In this document: positions 41,134-51,630 of the stretch, piece after piece | How positions within the stretch are numbered: position 1 is the first letter of the stretch | Layout: each line of letters opens with the position of its first letter | Source of the DNA: an uncultured Clostridia bacterium | GTDB lineage: Bacteria > Bacillota > Clostridia > Lachnospirales > Anaerotignaceae | DNA length: 64,000 nt | Assembly (NCBI GenBank): GCA_910583755.1 | Contig: CAJTZO010000002.1 | Span: 58,587 to 122,586 of the forward strand | Reading direction: 5' to 3' | Notes under the pieces: generated by a model | The model's database searches: none | Told to the model about the DNA's origin: nothing | Seen by the model: the letters and a program-made list of their open reading frames with translations, nothing else | Translations under genes and position numbers: made by a program

Positions 41134-41168
41134 AAAAAAATACCCACTTTCAAATAGTGGGTATTCTT
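41134..41168. terminator. Bidirectional terminator between the small ORF and rpmB
   Basis: aaaaaaatacccact-ttcaaat-agtgggtattctt. Confidence 0.7.
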
Positions 41169-41169
41169 A

Positions 41170-41370
41170 TTATATTGCACGTGTTACTTTATTGGAACGT
41201 AAACATCTTGTACAAATATAGATTGATTTTACAGTTCCATTATCAATGATTTTAACCTTTTTTACATTAGGTTTCCATTTTCTGTTTGCACGTCTACTAA
41301 CCTGACTACGGTTAATACTGATTCTGTGGCCTTTTATTTGACCTTTTTCACAAATCTCACATTTTGCCAT
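41170..41370 (-). CDS. rpmB: 50S ribosomal protein L28
   Basis: MAKCEICEKG...RKWKPNVKKV...ICTRCLRSNKVTRA; SD GGAGG. Confidence 0.96.
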   Translation of the reverse strand: MAKCEICEKGQIKGHRISINRSQVSRRANRKWKPNVKKVKIIDNGTVKSIYICTRCLRSNKVTRAI

Positions 41371-41411
41371 TGTACGCACCTCCTTAATTGCTTATGTGAC
41401 ACAACAAAAGT

Positions 41412-41440
41412 ATTTTATCAGAAAACAATCTTTTTTGCAA
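41412..41440 (-). promoter_or_regulatory. sigmaA promoter of rpmB
   Basis: TTGCAA-N17-TAAAAT with extended TG on the minus strand. Confidence 0.6.
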
Positions 41441-41493
41441 CAGCATAATCATTGATTTCTAAAAAAAAATTTAACGCTTTCTTGGAAAAAGCT

Positions 41494-41645
41494 CAGCTTG
41501 TCAAAAAATCTTGAGGGCTAGTCCTCAAACTCCTCAAAGAACTTTAAGCCGAAACTAGCGTTTCGCTAAAAATATTAATTTTATAAGGAAAAACGCTAGT
41601 TTTTCCGTGAAAGTTTTTTGTCCAACTTTTTTGAAAAGAAGTTAG
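41494..41645 (-). mobile_element. MITE copy in reverse orientation, left end lost
   Basis: cagcttgtcaaaaaatcttgagggctagtcctcaa...cgaaactagcgtttcgc...ggaaaaacgctagtttttcc...gtccaacttttttgaaaagaagtt. Confidence 0.82.
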
Positions 41646-41827
41646 CAGGATTTTAGGAATACTATCTCTAAGGTTTTGATTTTTTTAACTTGTCAATACA
41701 GGAAAAATATGATATGGTTAAAAAAATTTTTTGTATTTTCCATTCAAAAAAATAATATTTGATGGTATACTAAAATAGAATCATGTTATAAAATTACACA
41801 ATAGGACGATTGGGAGGTTGAAATCCT

Positions 41828-42184
41828 ATGACTGCAAAATTAGAAAATGAATATGGTATTATTACAATAGATTATGAAGTGATTGCAAGAATTGCAGGAT
41901 ATGCAGCTTTAGATTGCTATGGCATTGTGGGCATGGCAGCAAAAAATGTAAAGGATGGATTAGTTCAACTGTTAAAGCTGGAAAGCTTGACAAAGGGAAT
42001 TAAAATGACTATTAATGAAAATAAAATTAGTTTAGAATTTCATATTATTGTGGAATATGGAACAAATATTTCTGTCATTGCAAATAATATTATCAGCACT
42101 GTAAAATATAAAGTGGAAGAATATGCTGGTTTGCAGGTGGAACATATTAATGTTTTTGTAGATGGCGTTCGGGTGGATAGCTGA
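41828..42184 (+). CDS. Asp23/Gls24-family protein (YloU-like)
   Basis: YGIITIDYEVIARIAG...CYGIVGMA...HIIVEYGTNIS...NVFVDGVRV; upstream of the DAK2 gene. Confidence 0.93.
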   Translation: MTAKLENEYGIITIDYEVIARIAGYAALDCYGIVGMAAKNVKDGLVQLLKLESLTKGIKMTINENKISLEFHIIVEYGTNISVIANNIISTVKYKVEEYAGLQVEHINVFVDGVRVDS

Positions 42185-42204
42185 AACAGAGGAGGAAAAA
42201 TACA

Positions 42205-43830
42205 GTGGCACTAACAAAATTAAATGGTTTGATGCTAAAAAAAATGATGATTGCAGGAGCAAACCGTCTAAATGAAAAAAAACAAACCGTGGATGCGCTG
42301 AATGTCTTTCCAGTACCAGACGGCGACACAGGAACAAATATGTCATTAACAGCTTTGGCAGCAGCAAAAGAGGCAGAAAAAGAAAATTCTCTTTCCATTA
42401 GTAAGGTAGCAAAAGCAATTTCTAATGGTGCCTTGCGTGGCGCAAGAGGAAATTCAGGCGTCATTACTTCGCAAATTTTTAGAGGATTTTCAAAGGGATT
42501 AGAAGGCTTAGAAGAAGCAAATACCAAAGAATTAGCCCAAGCACTTCAACAGGCAGTAAAAACAGCATATAAGGCGGTTATGAAGCCAAAAGAAGGTACT
42601 ATATTGACTGTAGCAAAGGCTTGTGCTGATAGTGCTTCTAAAATAGCAGAAAATACAGATGATATTGATATATTTTTGCAAAAAGTAATAGAAGATGGAA
42701 ATGCCATGCTTTTACAGACAACAGAGATGCTGCCAGTATTAAAACAAGCAGGGGTAGTTGATGCAGGTGGAAAAGGGCTGCTTTGTTTGTTAGAAGGTGC
42801 TTTTGAAAGTAGAAATAGTATAGAAGTGCTCAAAATTGAGGAGCCGATTGCACAAGAAAATTTTGCTGCATTGGCATCAGTAGAAAATACAAGTATTACG
42901 TTTGGCTATTGTACAGAATTTTTTATATTGGTAAAAAACGTATCAGAAAAAATTGTACAAAATTTAAAGATATATCTTACGACAATAGGAGATTCGATTG
43001 TTTGTGTCAGTGATGAGGAATTGATTAAAATTCACGTACACACCGACCATCCTGGTTTAGCTTTGGAAAAAGCCTTGACCATTGGAGAATTAAGTGGCTT
43101 AAAAATTGATAATATGAGACAACAACATACAAATCGTATTGATTTTTCTAGTACAAAGCCAATAGAAAAGCAAAAAGAAGTAGGATATGTAGCTGTTTCT
43201 CCTGGAGATGGATTGACAGAAATCTTTCAGAATTTGGGGGTAGACGAGATTATACAAGGTGGACAAACCATGAATCCTAGTACAGAGGATATTTTAAATG
43301 CGATTGAAAAGGTAAATGCAAAAACAGTTTTTGTACTGCCCAATAATAAAAATATTATATTAGCTGGAGAACAAGCTTCCAAATTGACAGAACAAAAAAA
43401 TGTTATTGTGATTCCTTCTAAAACTATACCACAAGGGATTAGTGCTATGCTTAATAGTATAGCAGAAGACACAGAAGGGATTCAGCAGAATATGTTAGAA
43501 AGCATGAAAAATGTGATATCAGCAAGTGTTACCTATGCTGTAAGAGAAACTACATTAAATGGAAAAAATATTAAACAAGGTGATATTATTGGGATGCAGG
43601 AGGATAATATTACTGTTATATCAGAAAATGCTGAAAAAGGAGCAGAGGCTTTGCTTCATAAAGTAGTAACAGAAGATGCGGAAATGATTAGCATTTATTA
43701 TGGTGCAGATGTAACACAACAAGATGCAGAAAAAGTAAAACAATATGCGGAAAAGGAATTTTCTACTTGTGATGTAGAACTGCATAGAGGTGGACAGCCT
43801 TTATATTATTATATTATTTCTGTGGAGTAA
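42205..43830 (+). CDS. fakA: DAK2-domain fatty acid kinase subunit A
   Basis: LNVFPVPDGDTGTNM, GARGNSGVI, KPKEGTILTV, VVDAGG, FGYCTEF, GGQTMNPST, GGQPLYYY. Confidence 0.94.
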   Translation: MALTKLNGLMLKKMMIAGANRLNEKKQTVDALNVFPVPDGDTGTNMSLTALAAAKEAEKENSLSISKVAKAISNGALRGARGNSGVITSQIFRGFSKGLEGLEEANTKELAQALQQAVKTAYKAVMKPKEGTILTVAKACADSASKIAENTDDIDIFLQKVIEDGNAMLLQTTEMLPVLKQAGVVDAGGKGLLCLLEGAFESRNSIEVLKIEEPIAQENFAALASVENTSITFGYCTEFFILVKNVSEKIVQNLKIYLTTIGDSIVCVSDEELIKIHVHTDHPGLALEKALTIGELSGLKIDNMRQQHTNRIDFSSTKPIEKQKEVGYVAVSPGDGLTEIFQNLGVDEIIQGGQTMNPSTEDILNAIEKVNAKTVFVLPNNKNIILAGEQASKLTEQKNVIVIPSKTIPQGISAMLNSIAEDTEGIQQNMLESMKNVISASVTYAVRETTLNGKNIKQGDIIGMQEDNITVISENAEKGAEALLHKVVTEDAEMISIYYGADVTQQDAEKVKQYAEKEFSTCDVELHRGGQPLYYYIISVE

Positions 43831-44013
43831 TAAAGGAGCGTTATGAAAGAACGACCATGTTTTTTTATAACGCTTTACGCTTTTTTGGAAGAAAGCGTAG
43901 CAAAGAACTTTGATGATTAGGAGTACAGAATGTCCTATGGGCATTCACCTTACATCAACCGAAATGAGAACAATATAAGGTTGATTCATTTTTTGGATAA
44001 AGGTGGAAAGGAT

Positions 44014-46050
44014 ATGGATTTGCATTGTAATGTTGCAGAACTTCATCATGTAGGAGAACATAGAGCAAAAAAATTAAATTCACTTGGAATTATAACAGCA
44101 AAAGATTTGCTAACCCATTTTCCAAGAGAATATGATGATAGAAGTAATCTTTGTAAAATAAAAGACTTAGTATTAAATGAAGAAAATACTTTTATTGCGT
44201 GGGTAAAGGGACAAGGAGAAAATATTCGTATCAAAAATATGATATTTACACGTATCAAATTATATGATGAAACGGGAAGTATTTTTGCTGTTTGGTATAA
44301 TCAAATATATATGAAAAAAGCATTTACAGAACGAACAAAATATTTGTTTACTGGAAAACTACAAAAAAAATATGGCAATTTAGAAATATCTTCTCCGGAA
44401 TATGAAAAAGCAGAGTCTGCACTGAATCAAATTGTACCTATTTATCCTTCTGTCAATGGTTTATCTCAAAAAATATGGCGTAAATTGATAGGAGAAGTTT
44501 TAAACCAGACAAAAGGACAGTTAAAAGAAGGGCTACCTTTTTGGATAAGAAAACAATATTTTTTGTGTGAGTGTAATTTTGCAATTGAAAATATCCATTT
44601 TCCAGAAACACAGGAAAAATTTTTTCAAGCAAGGAGAAGGCTTGTTTTTGAAGAATTTTTTCTTCTACAATTAGGTTTACTTTTGATGAAACAAACATTG
44701 CAGGAAGGAAAAAAAGGTATTATTATGAAAAAGAAAAGCAGTATTGTAGAATTTCAAAAAAAATTACCTTTTACTCTGACAAATGCACAAAAAAATGTAC
44801 TACTAGAAATCAAAGAGGATATGATAACAGGAAAAGTAATGAATCGCTTGATACAGGGAGATGTAGGCAGTGGTAAAACAGCTGTTGCAATGATAATTGC
44901 TTACTGGACAATACAAAATGGATATCAAGCGGCGCTCATGGTTCCTACAGAAGTATTAGCAGAGCAACATTATCAGTCTTTTTGTGAAATATTTGAGCCT
45001 TTAGGAATTAAAACTGTACTTTTATCTGGTTCTCTTACTGCAAAACAAAAAAGAATTGTATTGGAAGAAATTGCAGAAGGAAAAGCCCATATGATTTTAG
45101 GTACACATGCAATGATACAAAAAAATGTGGTGTTTTCTAAACTAGGACTGGTAATAACAGATGAACAGCATCGTTTTGGTGTTAGGCAAAGAGGTGCTTT
45201 ATCAGAAAAAGGAAAAAATCCGCATGTGCTTGTTATGACAGCCACTCCTATTCCTAGAACCTTAGCTTTAATTTTATATGGTGACTTAGACATTTCTATT
45301 ATTGATGAATTACCACCAGGAAGAAAAAAAATTGATACCTTGGCTGTCACACCTTCTTATCGAGAAAGAATTTATAATTTTATAAAAAAACATGCTGACA
45401 TGGGTTTACAGTCTTATATTATTTGTCCTATGATAGAAGAAAATGAAAAAATGGAAGTACAAGCTGTTCTTTCTTATACAGAGGAATTACAGCAAAAAAT
45501 AGCAGGTTATCATATAAGCTGTGTACATGGAAAAATGAAAGCAAAAGAAAAACAACAAATTATGGAAGCATTTTCAAAGGGAGAAATTGATATTTTGGTT
45601 TCGACAACAGTGATTGAAGTAGGTATCAATGTGCCAAATGCAGTGATTATGTTGATTGAAAATGCAGAACGCTTTGGACTAGCTCAGTTGCACCAGTTGC
45701 GGGGACGTGTAGGGCGTGGAAGTGAAAAGTCTTATTGTATTTTAATTAATGAAGGAAAAAGTAAGATTGCGAAACAAAGAATGAATGTTATGACAAAATC
45801 TTCTGATGGTTTTGTCATTTCAGAAATGGATTTAAAATTAAGGGGTCCTGGAGAATTTTTTGGGACAAAACAACATGGACTACCAGAGTTGAAAATTGGA
45901 AATTTATATAAAGATATAGCAATCTTGAAGGAAGCACAAAAGGCAGCGCAAGAATTGTTACAAAAAGACAAATATTTAGAACTGTCAGAACATGAGCAAC
46001 TGAAAAAGCAAGTTACTGCTTTATGGCAATCTGAACAATTATCAATTTAA
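44014..46050 (+). CDS. recG: ATP-dependent DNA helicase RecG
   Basis: QGDVGSGKT, DEQHRFGVRQR, MTATPIPRTL, QLHQLRGRVGRG, DLKLRGPGE. Confidence 0.97.
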   Translation: MDLHCNVAELHHVGEHRAKKLNSLGIITAKDLLTHFPREYDDRSNLCKIKDLVLNEENTFIAWVKGQGENIRIKNMIFTRIKLYDETGSIFAVWYNQIYMKKAFTERTKYLFTGKLQKKYGNLEISSPEYEKAESALNQIVPIYPSVNGLSQKIWRKLIGEVLNQTKGQLKEGLPFWIRKQYFLCECNFAIENIHFPETQEKFFQARRRLVFEEFFLLQLGLLLMKQTLQEGKKGIIMKKKSSIVEFQKKLPFTLTNAQKNVLLEIKEDMITGKVMNRLIQGDVGSGKTAVAMIIAYWTIQNGYQAALMVPTEVLAEQHYQSFCEIFEPLGIKTVLLSGSLTAKQKRIVLEEIAEGKAHMILGTHAMIQKNVVFSKLGLVITDEQHRFGVRQRGALSEKGKNPHVLVMTATPIPRTLALILYGDLDISIIDELPPGRKKIDTLAVTPSYRERIYNFIKKHADMGLQSYIICPMIEENEKMEVQAVLSYTEELQQKIAGYHISCVHGKMKAKEKQQIMEAFSKGEIDILVSTTVIEVGINVPNAVIMLIENAERFGLAQLHQLRGRVGRGSEKSYCILINEGKSKIAKQRMNVMTKSSDGFVISEMDLKLRGPGEFFGTKQHGLPELKIGNLYKDIAILKEAQKAAQELLQKDKYLELSEHEQLKKQVTALWQSEQLSI

Positions 46051-46306
46051 CTTCCTTTTTTAAAAGAAAAAAAGCAAAGAACTTTAATAATTATTTTAAA
46101 GTGGAATATTCGTTGTAGCTGGACAGATAACAGAATCTCATTGGAAAAAGTTTAGATTATAGTTGGAAAAAATGGAAAAACTCTCATAATGTTTTACCCT
46201 TCATTTTTTTGTAAAAGATTTTTTATTGTTTTTTTAGATATTATTTGCTATACTCTAAAGATGGTAAACGTAAAAAATGAAAATTGTATTTTGAGGTGTA
46301 AAAGTT

Positions 46307-46882
46307 ATGCGTGTCATTGCAGGAAAAGCAAAAGGACATAAATTAAAAACGATAGAAGGCTTACAAACAAGACCCACAACAGACCGTATGAAAGAAACAT
46401 TATTTAATGTCATTGCATTTGATTTGTTACAATGCCGTTTTTTAGATTTATTTTCTGGAAGTGGTGCGATTGGCATTGAGGCACTAAGCAGAGGTGCAAA
46501 AGAATGTGTATTTGTAGAAAAATCAAAAGAAGCCTGTCATATCATTGATGAAAATTTAAAACATACAAAATTGAAAAATGCTGTTGTATTGCAGAAGGAT
46601 GTGTTTGATGCACTTTTGTTATTAAAACAACAAAAATTTGATATGATATTTTTAGACCCTCCTTATCAGTCTGATTTGGCAGTATCTGTTTGTCATAAAA
46701 TTGTGGAATATGATTTACTAGAGAAGCAAGGGTATATAATATGGGAAAGAAGTGCAGAAATAAAAATACCTTTTATTTCTGGTTTAACTATAGTAAAAGA
46801 AAAAAAGAGTAAAACAACCGTCATAACATTTTTGACGTTGGAGGAAGAATATGATAAAAGCAATTTATGCAGGGAGTTTTGA
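46307..46882 (+). CDS. rsmD: 16S rRNA m2G966 methyltransferase
   Basis: MRVIAG, TRPTTDRMKETLFN, LDLFSGSG, FLDPPY. Confidence 0.95.
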   Translation: MRVIAGKAKGHKLKTIEGLQTRPTTDRMKETLFNVIAFDLLQCRFLDLFSGSGAIGIEALSRGAKECVFVEKSKEACHIIDENLKHTKLKNAVVLQKDVFDALLLLKQQKFDMIFLDPPYQSDLAVSVCHKIVEYDLLEKQGYIIWERSAEIKIPFISGLTIVKEKKSKTTVITFLTLEEEYDKSNLCREF

Positions 46883-47330
46883 CCCTGTTACATTAGGACA
46901 TCTTGACATCATTAAAAGAGCAGCAGAAATTACAGACCATTTAGTGGTAGCAATATTAGAAAACCCCAACAAAAAAGCTTTGTTTTCAGTGGAAGAAAGA
47001 AAAGAACATTTAAAACTGGTGACAAAAAATATTGAAAATGTAGAAATTGCATCTTTTCGAGGGCTTTTTGTAGATTTTGCAAAAGAAATTGGTGCTACAG
47101 TGGCCATTCGAGGACTACGAAACAGTATTGATTTTGCGGCAGAATTTCAAATGCATTTAATTAATCGAAAACTATATGGAGAAATTGAAACCATTTTTTT
47201 AGCGGCAGATGAAGAACATTTAGCATTAAGTTCCACGAATGTAAAGGAAGTTGCTGTTTTTGGAGGTAATATTGATTTTATGGTGCCATGCGAAATCAGG
47301 AAGTTGATAGCAGAAAAATATAAGAAGTGA
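46851..47330 (+). CDS. coaD: Phosphopantetheine adenylyltransferase
   Basis: YAGSFDPVTLGHLDII, IRGLR, LSST. Confidence 0.95.
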   Translation: MIKAIYAGSFDPVTLGHLDIIKRAAEITDHLVVAILENPNKKALFSVEERKEHLKLVTKNIENVEIASFRGLFVDFAKEIGATVAIRGLRNSIDFAAEFQMHLINRKLYGEIETIFLAADEEHLALSSTNVKEVAVFGGNIDFMVPCEIRKLIAEKYKK

Positions 47331-47341
47331 GGGAATGCAGT

Positions 47342-47845
47342 ATGGAAACAGTTTTTGATTTGTTAAGTGAATTGGAAGAAACATTAGATAATAGCCGTGC
47401 AGTGCCCTTTAGTAATAGAGTATCTGTTGACAAAGAAGAACTGTATGAGATTATTACAGAAATTCGTATGAAACTTCCTAATGAATTAAAACAATCAAAA
47501 TGGGTCATTGAAGAACGGAATAAGATATTAATTGATGCCCAAAAAGAAGCAGATGAAATTGTAAAAAATGCTGAAGAACGTGTGAAACGTATGGTGGATG
47601 AAAATGAAGTGACAAAATTGGCATATGAACAGGCAGCAGAAATTTTAGACCATGCTAAAAAAACATCAAAAGAATTGCGTTTAAGTGCAATGGAATATGC
47701 AGAAGAAGTGCTTGGCATGGCGCAAGAAAGATTACGTGAACTGAAGAATGTAGTTTATGATGAAAGTATGAAAACAGACCAATATTTTGGAGATACTTTA
47801 TCTGTATTATCTGAAAACATACAAGAATTACGTTTAGGCAGATAA
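47342..47845 (+). CDS. Conserved coiled-coil protein (ATP synthase b-like) after coaD
   Basis: ELEETLDNSRAVPFS...LPNELKQSKWVIEERNKILIDAQKEA. Confidence 0.8.
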   Translation: METVFDLLSELEETLDNSRAVPFSNRVSVDKEELYEIITEIRMKLPNELKQSKWVIEERNKILIDAQKEADEIVKNAEERVKRMVDENEVTKLAYEQAAEILDHAKKTSKELRLSAMEYAEEVLGMAQERLRELKNVVYDESMKTDQYFGDTLSVLSENIQELRLGR

Positions 47846-48955
47846 TTATTTTTGATGATGATATGAAAGTAAGAATAATGAAAACAATAAAAAGAAAAAA
47901 GAAAAAGAAAGATAGGAATAAGAAGCAGTTTTTGTAGGGAAAGAACTTACAGAAACTGCTTTTATTAATTTATTTTGTACAATAGGATAACAAAAAAAGC
48001 ATATGATAGTAGAAAAAATACTATTAATGCATTTAGAAAAAATATATTTTACACTAGAAATAGAAAGAGGAGATAAAATGCCCAAGGTTTGAGCTAAAAT
48101 AGAAAACCCACCAAAAGAAAGAATCGCTGTGATGCAAACAAGTTGTATCTGTGTTTGTTCTGGAGCTTGGCTTAAAAGAGAAGCTCCATTTGTCATTTCT
48201 AAAATACCACCTAAAATGCCTGCAACAGCAGCAGAAGAAAGTGGCAAAATGCTACAAAGGGATTGAGTTAGTCCTGTAATGATGCCTGTTTGCTGTAATG
48301 CTTCTATCACAACACCAAATAAAATAATAAATCCGCCGATTTGTGTAACTGTTTCCATAGCATCTGCCACAGAATCGCTTAATATTTTTCCAGTTGGCTC
48401 TGTAACAAGAGAAGTTGCATAAGAAACCGATTTTGTAGTAATATCTGTTTTTTTGTAAAAAAAGCGGAACAATAATCCTGTTGCAATCGCACCAGCAAAA
48501 ATACAAAATAGCATAAAATAACCAAAAAAGGGATTTTTTAAAAAAGCAGTGCCGGCAGTTCCTACTACAAAAAGTGGTCCTGGATTATTGCAAAAAGCAA
48601 GAATCCGTTGTGCTTCTTTATAGGAAAGTGCTTTTTTTTGACAGAGTGTAACAGTTATTTTGGCACCAGAAGGATAGCCAGAAATCATTCCTAGTATTAG
48701 GGGAAAAGCGCAGATACCAGAAAGATGAAAAATAGGCTGCATCAAGGGTTGAAATAACTGTCCAAATTTGTGAGCAACACCTAAACGGATTAAAATTCCT
48801 GTTGCTGTTAAAAATGGAAACAAAGAAGGCAGCACAAGATGAAACCATAAGTTTACACTTTCAATGGCTTTTTGTAATAGTTCTTGTGGAAAACGCAATA
48901 AACAATACAGCAAAAAAAGTGTGCTACTTGTCAAAAATATGCTGCGTGCTTTCAT
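47846..48955 (-). CDS. ylbJ: Sporulation integral membrane protein, YlbJ-like
   Basis: WFHLVLPSLFPF, ISGYPSGA, NNPGPLFVVG, GILEMTNG, FGGFSILAQ. Confidence 0.88.
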   Translation of the reverse strand: MKARSIFLTSSTLFLLYCLLRFPQELLQKAIESVNLWFHLVLPSLFPFLTATGILIRLGVAHKFGQLFQPLMQPIFHLSGICAFPLILGMISGYPSGAKITVTLCQKKALSYKEAQRILAFCNNPGPLFVVGTAGTAFLKNPFFGYFMLFCIFAGAIATGLLFRFFYKKTDITTKSVSYATSLVTEPTGKILSDSVADAMETVTQIGGFIILFGVVIEALQQTGIITGLTQSLCSILPLSSAAVAGILGGILEMTNGASLLSQAPEQTQIQLVCITAILSFGGFSILAQTLGILSPLSISSVKYIFSKCINSIFSTIICFFCYPIVQNKLIKAVSVSSFPTKTASYSYLSFSFFFLLFSLFLLSYHHQK

Positions 48956-49046
48956 AAAATCTCTCCTTTTTAAAATCCTTAAAAGATGAACCTATTTTTA
49001 GGGTTTTGCTTTTTTATAATTTCTTAAAGTAAGCCTTTTTTTATTT

Positions 49047-50276
49047 TTATGTTTTATCAGAAGAAATCATAACCATAGGTTGTAAAAAATCTTGATTGAA
49101 ACGATGGTATATTTTATTAGGAGATGCCATAAAATATATGTCAGTAGATTTTATTTCTAAAGAAAATAAAGATTGACCATTTTTATCCAAAACTGTTTGA
49201 TATTGTTTGGGATTGGTAAGCAAGGGCAATTTATTTTTTAACATAGCTAATATGTGTTGTTTTTCTCGACGAAATCCGAGTACCCGAACATAAGGAGAAG
49301 GAATTTGACGGAAAAAAAGAATCTCTCTTTTTGGTATTTGTAGCAAAATCTGCAAAAGGGTTCTTTGTATCTGTGTTTGGGGATACCGTTTGGTTTTGAT
49401 AAAAGAAATAATATCATTAATGTCATAGTTTGTATCAAATGCTTTATAAATACGATTTTCTAATCCTTCCTTCACATCAAAGATATTTTTAATGCTTTCT
49501 GGCGAATGGGTACGAATAGAATAATGGAAAGCATCTGTAAAATGATTTAAAAAAATAGGAGCCTTTCCTTGAGTAATACTTTGACACAAAATATCATAAC
49601 ATGCTGGAGGAAGGTGTACTTCAATTTCTTTAAGACGATTTTGAAAAATAGCATTTCTTAAAGCAGTGGCGGAAGCCATTGGCTGTAATGTTGTATCGTT
49701 ATAACAAGAGCCTTTTCTTGCTATGGTATGCGGACGTATTGCACTATTTAATTTTAATAACGATTTTAAGTATTCTACTGCAAGAATGTTATTGGATTGA
49801 AAAAGAATATCCTTTGCAGCAGGATACAGTTGTGAAAGTGCAAAAGAACGAGCAGAAGCATAGGAAATACCACTTTGAAGGCATTGCTTTAGCAGTTGAC
49901 GAAATGGTTCTGGTTCTTCTAAAAGTAATTCAGCAATTTGCTGTAAGGGTGCTATTTCTCCGAGTTCAGAGCCAAAACAAATATCTGTTATCATTCCAGC
50001 ATCATGAAGCAGTTTGATAGCTCCATGTGCAAAATATTCTGCACTAGCAGTGGCATAAAGAACAGGCAATTCTATCACAATATCAGCACCACTGCATAAT
50101 GCCATGTGTGTCCTAGTCCATTTGTCTAAAATAGCAGGTTCTCCCCTTTGTACAAAGTTGCCGCTCATAACAACAATGACAGCATCCGCATTTGTGATTT
50201 GTTTTGCTTTTTGTATTTGATAAAAATGTCCGTTGTGAAAAGGGTTGTATTCTGCAATAATACCAAGTATTTTCAT
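49047..50276 (-). CDS. tmcAL: tRNA(Met) cytidine acetate ligase (YlbM)
   Basis: GIIAEYNPFHNGH, MSGNFVQRGEPA, NNILAVEY, SATALR, GLENR, VRVLGF. Confidence 0.92.
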   Translation of the reverse strand: MKILGIIAEYNPFHNGHFYQIQKAKQITNADAVIVVMSGNFVQRGEPAILDKWTRTHMALCSGADIVIELPVLYATASAEYFAHGAIKLLHDAGMITDICFGSELGEIAPLQQIAELLLEEPEPFRQLLKQCLQSGISYASARSFALSQLYPAAKDILFQSNNILAVEYLKSLLKLNSAIRPHTIARKGSCYNDTTLQPMASATALRNAIFQNRLKEIEVHLPPACYDILCQSITQGKAPIFLNHFTDAFHYSIRTHSPESIKNIFDVKEGLENRIYKAFDTNYDINDIISFIKTKRYPQTQIQRTLLQILLQIPKREILFFRQIPSPYVRVLGFRREKQHILAMLKNKLPLLTNPKQYQTVLDKNGQSLFSLEIKSTDIYFMASPNKIYHRFNQDFLQPMVMISSDKT

Positions 50277-50577
50277 AGATTAATTATAGGCATCAAAAGC
50301 CTTCTCCTTTCTAAGATATTTAAAAAAATATGAACAAAAAATATAAAAATATTTACAAAAGTATTTTTTATATGTAAAATTTCTATAAAAAGTATATTGT
50401 TTATGATTTTATGATAAACTGCTTTTTCTTTAGATACTATCATCGTATTTAGACAGTAAAAATATAACAAATTTATTACAATTTATTAAATTTTACTATG
50501 GTATTGTTTGTCATTTAGAGATATACTTAATAGATAATGTAATTATTTTATTTTTATAAAGGATTTTAGTCAAGAGG

Positions 50578-51630
50578 ATGAATAATTTGGATACCAAAAA
50601 TGTAGACTTTGATTTTTTACAAGAAATTTTTCTGGAAGAAGCCTGGAAAAGTATAGACAAAATAGATGCTTTTTTAGACAGCAAATATTCAGACCCAAAG
50701 AACATTGTGATTACCAAAGAAGAAAGCAATCAAATCTTTCGTGTGTTGCATAGTTTCAAAGGTTCTGCATTTATGATGGGACATCAAACGATAGCAGAAA
50801 TGATTCATGGTGCAGAGGATTTATTTTCTTATTTGCAAGAAGAAGACAACATCAATCAAAAAGATTTAGAAACGATATTACGTTTGACAAAGACTGTTTC
50901 TAGTTGTGTGAAAAGAGAACTAAAACGAATGGAAACAGGGGAAGATATTACAGATTTTGGTTGGGCGATTGTAAAAAGAATTAAAAATTTTTTGCAACAT
51001 ATTGATGGAGAAGAAATGGACCCCAATGCAGAAAATATGCAGTATACAAGAAAAGGCAGAAAAATTATCCCTTTTCAAAATTTTGACGGTCTTTTACAAA
51101 AGGCTGAAAGAATGGTAACAGTGATGGGGAGAGAATTGCATAAAAAAGTACAAATACAAATGATAGGAAAAGAAACAGAAGTACCAAAAGATATTTATGA
51201 TAAAATTTCTATGGCTGTGATGCAGATGGTGAAAAATAGTATGGACCATGGCATTGAAAGCAAGCAGGAAAGAGAAAAACTAGGGAAAAGCGATATTGGC
51301 AGAATCCGCATTGAAATTAAAAGAGTTGCGCAAAAGGTTACAGTAGCATTTTATGACGATGGTAGAGGATTAGACAGAGAAAAAATATTGCAAATTGCAG
51401 AAGAAAAAGGAGTATTAAAAAAAGAAAAAGAATGTTATACAGACCAAGAAATTTACCATCTTTTGCTGAAACCGGGTTTTACCACCAAAAGTATGGTAAG
51501 CTTATTTTCTGGTAGAGGAATAGGACTAGATGTTGTGAATGCTGGTGTGGCAACATTAGGTGGAAAAATAGAAATTGAAAGCCGACAACATGGCGGAACG
51601 ACATTTTTAATGGAATTTCCTTTGTTATAA
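50578..51630 (+). CDS. Minimal CheA-like histidine kinase (Hpt plus HATPase only)
   Basis: FRVLHSFKGSA (P1 His); KNSMDHGIE, DDGRGLD, PGFTT, SGRGIGLDVV, GTTF (P4); stops at FPLL with no CheW-like domain. Confidence 0.85.
   Translation: MNNLDTKNVDFDFLQEIFLEEAWKSIDKIDAFLDSKYSDPKNIVITKEESNQIFRVLHSFKGSAFMMGHQTIAEMIHGAEDLFSYLQEEDNINQKDLETILRLTKTVSSCVKRELKRMETGEDITDFGWAIVKRIKNFLQHIDGEEMDPNAENMQYTRKGRKIIPFQNFDGLLQKAERMVTVMGRELHKKVQIQMIGKETEVPKDIYDKISMAVMQMVKNSMDHGIESKQEREKLGKSDIGRIRIEIKRVAQKVTVAFYDDGRGLDREKILQIAEEKGVLKKEKECYTDQEIYHLLLKPGFTTKSMVSLFSGRGIGLDVVNAGVATLGGKIEIESRQHGGTTFLMEFPLL

Noticed and set aside
43930..44013. N-terminal extensions in the ORF track (recG, rimM, plsX, uvrA, rluA, DUF402)
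   Set aside because: Downstream starts have better SD spacing and match the family N-termini.
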